From the NCBI RefSeq assembly GCF_964355755.1, contig NC_092676.1:1989788-2053787 (forward strand): 64,000 nucleotides of DNA, written 5' to 3'. The DNA comes from Antedon mediterranea (lineage: Eukaryota > Animalia > Echinodermata). The notes under the pieces were generated by a model, which searched no databases, had not been told where the DNA came from, and saw only the letters and a program-made list of their open reading frames with translations. Each line of letters opens with the position of its first letter. Position 1 is the first letter of the stretch. Shown here one piece after another: positions 35,308 through 45,000 of the stretch. Made by a program: the position numbers and the translations under genes.

Positions 35308-36471
35308 TCACCACCCACTCTTTTTTCTTGCATTTTGTAACCTCTTCTTTTCAATCACAGTGTCCGAACTAACATACAACTTTTCTGCTGTTCTGTCATC
35401 AACTGAACAGTGAACCTCATCTTCTGCATTCATTTGCAGAACATCATTTGTGTCTCCCACACTAATTGTGTCAATGTTTCTTTGAAAGTGCACAGCTGGT
35501 GTGTTGGGATGTTTCCTTTTTTGTTGTTCATAATAACACACAACACACACAAGTACAGCTATCCATATGATGTTACTTGTTACCATTAGTATTATTATTT
35601 TAGACTTCTTGTTTTTAGTATCTTGAATTGTGAATGTTATCTCATCAGATCTGTTCTGAACATCAGTACTCACCAGACACTTCACAGTGTAGTCACCAGC
35701 TGGTAAATTACCAAAGCATCTTTCATCAGTTTCATTGTAATTCTTGAATTCCTCACCATTCAAACTCCAATTAATTGTTTTATCAACAGATCTACCTTCT
35801 GCATAACATTTGAAGCAATTCTGGTTAACATCACCTTCAGGTGTTTCATACAACATCTTTACCTCTACAATTAATTGAGGGTAAACTGGCAATATCAATG
35901 TGTAACAATAAATATCTTTATCGGTATCCATTATTAAAATACAGTGAAAAAATATGCCTTCTCCAGAATGAAAACCTTTTAATAAAGTCTGATAAATTGC
36001 AATGTCAGTATCTAGATGATGAAACTGTGTAATGTTGTGTTGTCCTTGGATCCAACCAATTGTCACTTCATATTGGATTTTGTCATTTTTCCTTATGTCA
36101 CATGACATGTGTACTCCCTCTCCTTCAATGATGTCTTTCTTAATATTGTCACAGTAAAGGTTTACATGCGATGGTTGATATCTGCTCTGTATAACATCTG
36201 ATGAAGGTACCACATAGTGTGAATTATCATCATCTTGACATGTGTATATTCCATGTTGGTTACCAAAAGAAATGAAAAGTGGACATTTCATTTTGAAATC
36301 TTTTCCCCCCACACTATATGTGTAATTTTTACTTGATTGTGTCATTATCACAGATTGTCGTGTTTGCAGGTAGTAAAACCTGCTGTCAAATTGTACCAAC
36401 TCTTTTGATGCTCCATGTTTGAGTAACAACAACCAGGTCACAATTATAAACGTGATATTAAGAAGTTGCAT
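35308..36471 (-). CDS. Receptor R10: intact Ig-like type-I membrane receptor (about 387 aa), short stalk, 1 Tyr repeat, ends KKSGW
   Basis: The start at 36471 (MQLLNITFIIVTWLLLLKHG) is chosen by homology to paralogs; an in-frame ATG also exists at 36501. Ig-like domains, TM and DEVHCSV are present. Confidence 0.88.
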   Translation of the reverse strand: MQLLNITFIIVTWLLLLKHGASKELVQFDSRFYYLQTRQSVIMTQSSKNYTYSVGGKDFKMKCPLFISFGNQHGIYTCQDDDNSHYVVPSSDVIQSRYQPSHVNLYCDNIKKDIIEGEGVHMSCDIRKNDKIQYEVTIGWIQGQHNITQFHHLDTDIAIYQTLLKGFHSGEGIFFHCILIMDTDKDIYCYTLILPVYPQLIVEVKMLYETPEGDVNQNCFKCYAEGRSVDKTINWSLNGEEFKNYNETDERCFGNLPAGDYTVKCLVSTDVQNRSDEITFTIQDTKNKKSKIIILMVTSNIIWIAVLVCVVCYYEQQKRKHPNTPAVHFQRNIDTISVGDTNDVLQMNAEDEVHCSVDDRTAEKLYVSSDTVIEKKRLQNARKKSGW

Positions 36472-37381
36472 CTTTAAAATTTCTGTCTTGATGTGGTTCA
36501 TAAATACATTTAGTTCAAAGACTGATTGTGTTCTTAATAGTGGTATAATATACCAACAAGGAAGATATATAAAGCAGTAACCCTAACCCTTTTTATACAG
36601 GAAGTCCTAAAGGACATTTTATGTCCAGAAGGCAAAATATAATATTTCTATTATTTTTTTTTGCTAATAAAACTGTTGTTACTCAAAACCTATCCAGTGG
36701 AATGGTACTGTATGTCCCAGTACTAGAAATGTGTCATCTCACTACCACAAACTTAAAAACAACTTGAATTTTTTTGCAACCTGCCTACTTTAATTTGATT
36801 CTCAATATTGCTTGCCAACCACGTCAAGAGTTTTCATAATTGTTTGTGTGACACACGATAATGAACGGCACGTCAGACATTTGTGTATCAATGGATCTTT
36901 TATTCACATAGACTCTGGAAAAACCCTATAGCATAAAAGAAAAACATATTAAATTCGAGGTCAAGCAAAGCTGTATGAAACATGGCAAAATGCTTAAAGA
37001 CCCCTTCCCTGCAAAATGCTTAATCTTTATCAGCTTTAACACATCAATTTATTATACTACAGTAAGGGATTTATCCTAGTTTTTATATCTTCTACTTGCC
37101 TATATATGATCATGATATGAATCAACCGTACACGCACGCCAATAACAATAATTCTAAAGTAACGCTAAATATAATATATGTCAAAGATAGTGTAATAATA
37201 TAGATTAAAACAGTGAGAAGTTAATGCTTTAGCATAGTATTATAAAAATACTACAACACTACTATTACCAATGCTAACATAAGCTATCAATATAAGTATA
37301 CTAATCCCAATACATACTCAATCCCTGGCCTTATAATACTGTTACAGTATTGATTGATAGGCCGAGATAAAACAGGCCTCT

Positions 37382-37395
37382 GTTGCCATGGAAAC
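37382..37395. promoter_or_regulatory. X-box (RFX) consensus match GTTGCCATGGAAAC
   Basis: Matches the RFX X-box consensus and lies 1.7 kb upstream of the first visible dynein exon, but inside the solo LTR, so function is uncertain. Confidence 0.3.
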
Positions 37396-37500
37396 ATCTG
37401 GTTTCCCAATGCTGCTTATAGAGTTGACATTCCAAAGAAGTTACCGCTACTAAAAACAATGTGACCCTACTTAACCTAGGTAGCCTACTGTACCTTAGTA

Positions 37501-37929
37501 TGGCACGCCAAGACGGACAAAACCATTTCAAATGCCAATCCCTAGCTGTTGAGTTTACAATCCCTACTAGTCGAGATCGACTAGACACATACCTATCGGT
37601 CGAGTTTACCACACAGCACTAGTAGTTAATGACAAACTATACACATCACTAATGGTCGAGCTTTACACATCGCGCTACCGGTCGAGTTTTAAACACACAT
37701 CGCTACCGGTCGAGTTGTTTTTATACACACATCGCTAGTTGTTGAGAATTATTTTAGTAGACATGCGCAGTAAGGGTTTGTAGAACGCCACCAATTGGTC
37801 AAATATTTCACATAAATAACGATCCGTCATTTTGCTGCGAACACCAAAAATGATCCTACTCTGGTTTTTGTCTGGGCGCAACAAGTATATTTAACTTTTC
37901 TGAACGGTTTTGTCCGTCCTGGCGTGCCA
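37501..37929. mobile_element. MITE nested in the solo LTR
   Basis: TIRs TGGCACGCCAAGACGGACAAAACC / GGTTTTGTCCGTCCTGGCGTGCCA, flanked by direct repeat TACCTTAGTA (TSD 6-10 bp depending on where the TIR boundary is placed). Confidence 0.85.
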
Positions 37930-39086
37930 TACCTTAGTATGAGCATGGAGGTATACCTCCATGGTAAAGTTGGCATGAGAGCCTTGTCACCCTATCTAAA
38001 TCTAATACAGTAAAATGTTCTAATAATAATTACTTAATGATTAATCAACACATATAATATCCAATGGTCATATACAAATTACTAATGATTTATCGACTCG
38101 ATTGTATCTCAATACAAAAGCTCATCAATTACTGTAGATGGGTTTCGGAGAAATACGGAATTTACATCCGACCCATCATTCTTGACTAGGGACTAACTAT
38201 GCGCACAATATCCCTTACTTCAACAACTTAACTTAAATAAAGTTTAACAAGTTGTGACATTTACATACGAAACTTGATGATACTATAAACATAAAATCAT
38301 AGCAATATACATACGACCATTGGTCGCTATACCATAGCTTAACTTTAATTAATACATATAGTAACTTATAATAATGAAACATATTGACTCACCCCAGCTG
38401 GAATTCAGTTGGTTTTGATCAAAAAAAGGAAAAGTTTAAAATGTATTCTACAGAAGCTGAGGACTGACTGGTAATGAGGTACAAGTACGCCCATCTACAT
38501 TCCTAGAGGACATTGGGTTATCCCATTTCCTGCAAAGGGTTATCACTGTGACAGGATCCCCCTGTCACATTTGTTATATATATTATTAGTAATTTAAGGA
38601 AGTAGTTATATGGATGTTATAGGCTTCATATTTACAATATTTAAAGCTAAATTTTACGGATGTTTTTATTGCACCGTTATACTTATTGGTTTCCTTACTT
38701 GTTGTACATCATGGACCTATAAATTAATCTTGATTTGATCATGTTCTAGATTCTAGCAATTAAAAAATAATCTATCCACAATGTTAGTCACCATAGTTAT
38801 TTCTTGTACATTCTTTTGCAAAGTTAAATATAGAAAGACATTTTATATAACATTTTGAACATAGAAGTATAATTTTATACCACCATAAGCTACAGTATAA
38901 ATATATTTTTATATAACATTTTTTATTTATGTTTAAAAAGATAAAAACACAAATAAAACAACCTATTTTGTTTCTATCTAGAAATGATTTATACTGGTAA
39001 ATAGTTAATAATGTTTCCCCCTTATTGACCCAAAGGTCATTTGTTGAGACTTTCATTGTTATTATTATTTATATTTTCCTATCAAG

Positions 39087-42000
39087 CTTGCCGAGGCTAC
39101 AAGACTAGAAGTGAGTCAGATTGAAGATTTCTTACTGGGAGATGAGAAAGTAAGTAAAATGATTTTTAATATATTTTGTATATACACTAGTACATACTGA
39201 ACTTTACCGAAAAACTCTGTTATGATCAAAGTTGTCTTTTTGAACATTTGTTCTTTTATATCTTGATAAAGAAGAATGATCAATTATTTCTCATTTTACT
39301 TATGTAAATAATTTTTTTAAACATTTAGTTTGACTTGATTGCTGATTTCTTTGCTGTTGATGGTTCACGTAAACTTATGTTTTTCCACCAAGAGGCTGGC
39401 GGTAGGGAGACGCTGTACTCTCGTTCAGGTAAGAAGTAGTTTAATATTTAATCATGGTTAAGGGAGGAAACATGGCAGTGATTCTGTTAAAGGAAGCTAC
39501 AGTGTCACGCTTTCATTACGCCTAGTAAATATAGCATGGTCTACCAAACATCATAAAGACAAATTTACACAGACGAGCAGTAAAGGTAAGCGGAAAACCT
39601 CGTAGATTGTCCCACGAGGTTCTGTGTCTATCCTGAATGAAAATCACCCATCCACTCTGCGTTGTGTGTAAATGGTTATAAGGAATAACATAGATTCTAT
39701 ATTTTTATTACTGTTACAGCTCGTCTGTGTAATTTGGCCTTAATAAACTAATTTACAGATATTAGAAATGCTAATAATAATAATAGTATTATAGTATATT
39801 AGTAGTATATAGGATTGGATGTTCTAATAAATGCAAATAAAGAAACTAAATCTTATACTATAGTTAAGAAACAGACAGACAAGATTTTTGATTCATTGAT
39901 TTTTCTACACTGCAAAATTAAAAACAATTGAATTATTTTTTCTCTTACTTGGGCATCTTGAACTTGAATTTAAGTTAAGTATTTATCAATTTCAACGTTA
40001 TTTACAGGAGATACAGCTAGTGTGGGAACTATTCCGCATCAGAAGCGTGTGTTCATCACTACAGGTACCGCGGAAGGAGTCAATGGGCTCTGTTACTTCT
40101 TCCTACGTCCCACCAGCAAGCCCATCACTGTGGCTAACATTGCTCAAGAGGTCACATTTACGTTTGTTGATTGTAATGGTGGGAAGCTTCTAGATGGATT
40201 CAGTATGCTGTTCTCAAAAGTTCTTGTTCCTTGCCTGAAGAGTCAAGAGGTAACATGCAATCATCTCAATAATTCTAATCAAATTTTCTTTGCAAGCTTC
40301 TTAAGATAAAACTTAGCTAAGAGGTAATTAATACTAGATTTTTCAGTAGAACCCCTTCTTTCGGACATCCCTATTTGGGGGACATCTCTATTAAGTATAA
40401 AGGGGACATGTTCCCATGAGGAGGGACAATAAAAATTCAATTCAATTCAACTTTATTTCAGACAAACTGTCCATATGAAACATATAAATACAATAAAAAA
40501 TACTACAAAGCATAAAGTTTATGTTTCAAAACTGCAGCCAATCCTGTTCACTAGAGAGCATTATTATGGCAACATTCCCATTTAAAATGACACTTTGTTC
40601 GGACTGAAAGGTATTCCCTAATTAGGGTTTCTACTATATTAAATACTGAAATGATTTCATATTCTTTTGGCTGTTTAGAGTTGGGGCGAATTGACCAACA
40701 ATAACCAGATGTCAGAATTCCTTGAGCAGTTAGAGCGATTTGTTGGCATGCTGTCTGGTGCCAAGGCTAACATGGATGGCCATATCCAGCTGGCTGAGCA
40801 TGAGTATCTGGAGTCAATGTTAGATACATTGAAGACACCTGCTGACTTCCAAGTAGCTGGTAAGTGATCATGATGTTAAAGATAAGATTAATGATTACAA
40901 TGATGAGGATGATTTTTAAGTTGATGATAGTGATGCTGGTGATGATGATGACCACAATGATGTTAATGAGAGGGGGGGATGGTGATGCCAATGCTAAAGT
41001 AATGTTCAATATGGCAATGATAAAGTTGATTATTTAGCTAGACAAGAGAGAACCTGAATTGGAGGCACATGCCTTGGCCTATAGGAGAGAAGCATGTAGT
41101 TAAAAGGGTAACATCACATGAATAACACGACATGAACAATGTTCGATGGAATGTCACTATACAAATGGGCATTATCAGTATCATCATAACTATGATAATG
41201 ATCTGATTTAAAACCATTTCTTATTACCATGATTAATTATTTCCAAATTTTATGTAGAATTTTAATTAGTATATAATGACTTTGTGATATAAGTTAATGC
41301 CCAGTTGTTTTGAATTGTTCAGCATCAGTTCCCGACACGGTAGACAAACTGGAAGCGCTGATCCAACTATGGGCAAGGCAGATAGAGCAAGTTCTAACTG
41401 AGAGTGAACAGATGCGAAAAGAGGCCGATGATATCGGGCCGACTGCTGAACTAGACCACTGGAAACAAAGAATGGCCAAGTTTAATAGTCTGCTTGAGCA
41501 GATTAAGAGCCCTCGTTGTAAGTCAGTTGTCGGGGTGCTTCACTTGGCTAAGTCTAAAGCGTTGAAGCAATGGAAAGAACTTGACAGTAGGATCACCGAT
41601 GCAGCGAACGAAGCCAAGGATAACGTCAAATATCTTTACACTTTGGATAAATTCTTTGGGCCTCTAGTGAAGTGTGATCCAGTAAGTTGTGGAATTTTTA
41701 CTTTTCAAAATTTTAATTTGACTTTTCATGATTAGGTAAATATGTAGCAAAAATTCTATATATTAAGATTGAGGAAAAGTGGAAAAATAAAAATATTAAT
41801 TTTCCTATTAAATATACACTTATCTATAACATTTGTTTACTTATATTCAGGAAATCTTGATACTTGATCTACAAGTACAAGATGCTATTGTTCTTGTAGA
41901 TCAAGTATCAAGTATCTTGCTCTCTTGAAAATAGAAAAAAAAATCTCAACTTCCAAAGACTTGTAATAAGACTTTGTTAATTAATGTAGAGCATCTTGTG

Positions 42001-45000
42001 TATATTTTTGTCTTGTGAACAGGATTGCTAACTTTAAGAAAGATAGTGGATGAATTCGCTTATGGTTATCCTTGGCAATTTGCCTAAATATATAAACAAC
42101 ACATTTATTTTGCCTTATTTTGTAGAAAACCATGGTGGAACACATTCCAAGCCTGATGAATGCCATCAGAATGATCCACAGTATCTCCAGATATTACAAC
42201 ACCTCAGAGAGGATGACCTCTCTTTTTGTAAAGGTCACCAACCAGATGATCAACACCTGCAAAGGGTATATCAATCAAGGAGTCTCCAAAATTTGGGAAC
42301 ACGAGAGGTGAGTTATCTAACTAAATCAATCAATTTGAAGCATGACGTTTATGTAATCAGAAATCCTTGGGGGTTAACATGCTTACTTACCTATACCACG
42401 ATTCTGAGTTAGGTCATTGGCCAAAACTACACAATTTTGTACGACCGGACAGTTAACACTATAATTCACATTCTAATTATCATTCTATACTTTAATTACA
42501 GACCAGAGCTTCTGAAAAGACTAAATGCGTGCATTTATTTGAATGAAATGTACCAGCAGTGTTTTCATAAAACCAAGGAGAGGTTAAAAGAGACACCAGA
42601 AGAACGACAATTTGAATTCAGGTGAGATTTTAAAGAAAATGAAAAAAAAAATTAAAAAAATATAGAGTTGAAAAATGTACTGCTCTATTTTTGTTCAATT
42701 TATCCATCATGAATCATTGACGAATGCTAAGAAAAGGCAGTGCTCCAACTTCAGAAACTCTCATAATTAGCGGGGTATTTTTTGTAAGGTACTTTTTATA
42801 TGTACAACAGTGGCAGTAAATACAATCAATATCACATATGTTTTTGTCTATTTAAAGTTCAAAGGTTAAGGTTCAAATTATCTTGTTTTTAGTGAAAACT
42901 ACATCTTTGGGAAATTTGACACGTTCTGTAAAAGACTGCAACGGATTGCCGACATGGTGAACACGATAGAGAACTTGAGCGGTCTTGCTGATGTACGCAT
43001 CGAAGGCATTGAATCAATTTTCATCCGATTCCAAGGAATTGTCGCAACGTACAAAAAGAAAGGTTATGATATTCTGGATCACAGAAAGGGAGAAGTAAGT
43101 CAAGAAAACAAATTATTTTATCCATGATTTATAATCTAAGAAACAGAAATATTTTATTTTATTCAATTTCATTCAAACCAACAAATACATTATACAGTAC
43201 AAAGCTTTCAAAGAAAACAAAACATACACACTATACATTAATGTTCGTAAATTAGAGGAAAATAAAACTATTAAGAGATTATTGGTGGTTTTTTTTTTGT
43301 ATGTATTGTTTACAATAAATAAAATATATTACGTAATTCAATTCAATTCAACTTTATTTCAGACAAACTGTCCATATGAAACATATAAATACAATAAAAT
43401 ATAATACAAAGCATTATGTGACAACCGTCATGGAGAGAGGACTAATAATTATTTGTTGACATATAGTGCCTCTTAAAATACATGTGGATTATGTTTTGGG
43501 ATTTATTGGATGTAGACTGTAGACATTATTATATTATTGATTACTATAGTTTACAAATCAACACATTATTATGGCTATACTGATACTAGTTAACACACGT
43601 AAAAGTATACATGAGATTATATATACAAAAGTTCTATCCATTTTCTATGTAATGAAGTTCAAATAACATTTTAATGTTCGTAAATTAAAGGGAAATAAAA
43701 CTATTAAGAGATTATTGGTGTTTTTTTTTTTTGTATGTATTGTTTTTTTTCCTTTTAATACATAATTTAAATCCAATAATAGAATATATTACGTAATGAA
43801 GTTCAAATAACATTTTAGTAGAAAAGAAAAGGAGGAAAGAAGTATATATAAAAGTAAATTGTTGATATTGAGGTGGTACGTATACTGTATTTGTGGATTG
43901 CTAAAAAATAATGAAATTCATTTTATTTTTAGTTTGATGCTGACTACTTTGAGTTCAAAGTTCAAATAGACAGTGTGTATACCCATCTTCAGAACTTTTT
44001 AGATTCATGGTTTGAAAGAAGTTTGTCTGTAAGTGTATTTTGAATATTACGTTGTTTAGTTTTTAGAAATCTTTTCCATGAATATGAGATACTTTGCTTG
44101 CAACAATTTCTGTTACTGTTATTGTAGCCATCTTTTCTGAAGACACATGGCTCTTTGACGGATACTTAGTATCAGCTGACTTCACTGCTGGTGTACTAGA
44201 GATCTACGTTTATACCATGCTATCACTTTTATTTTATTTTTATTTATTTTTTATTTTAATTATTGATTTATATAACATTGAACCTAAAAGTTGTCTTTAA
44301 TTTTTATGAATGAGTATTGTTGACTAATTAACAACCATTTAAATAATAATATATCTATTGTTTTAAACATTATTTTCTTTAGACTGAAAAGGCTCTGGAT
44401 TTATTGGGCAAATTTGAACGCATCAATGCTTCGGATAATCTCAACTTGAACGAGAAGTACATGCGAGTTCTATCCAGCTATGGCCGCGACCTAGAAACAG
44501 TGCGTAAGCTGTACCAAAAAGGCAAAGATGATCCAACCATTCCTCGAAACGTTCCCCCAGTCGCTGGCAAAATCACATGGGCCAGGCAGTTGTATCGAAG
44601 AGTGGACATACCAATGAAGGCATTCAAGAGAAAAACTGATATTCTTAGGGTATGTTGGTGGTCGTGTTGTTGTTTCTTAGGGTATGTTGGTGGTCGTGTT
44701 TTTTGTTTCTTAGGGTATGTTGGTGGTCGTGTTGTTGTTTCTTAGGGTATGTTGGTGGTCGTGTTGTTGTTTCTTAGGGTATGTTGGTGGTCGTGTTGTT
44801 GTTTCTTAGGGTATGTTGGTGGTCGTGTTGTTGTTTCTTAGGGTATGTTGGTGGTCGTGTTGTTGTTTCTTAGGGTATGTTGGTGGTCGTGTTGTTGTTT
44901 CTTAGGGTATGTTGGTGGTCGTGTTGTTGTTTCTTAGGGTATGTTGGTGGTCGTGTTGTTGTTTCTTAGGGTATGTTGGTGGTCGTGTTGTTGTTTCTTA

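Larger units (their letters stand above)
36847..38569. mobile_element. Solo LTR-like insertion (Gypsy-type termini) splitting the R10 upstream block
   Basis: Termini TGTGACA...TGTCACA with a 4-bp TSD TTTG (36843-46 and 38570-73). The flanks rejoin into the conserved receptor upstream block. Confidence 0.75.

Noticed and set aside
3315-36471. Somatic V(D)J-like rearrangement or a Dscam/protocadherin-style shared constant exon
   Set aside because: Each copy encodes its own TM and tail. I saw no recombination signal sequences, recombinase gene or shared constant exon in the window.
40767-41009. Hydrophobic Ile-rich 80-aa ORF
   Set aside because: Antisense reading of a (GAT)n-like low-complexity intron stretch.
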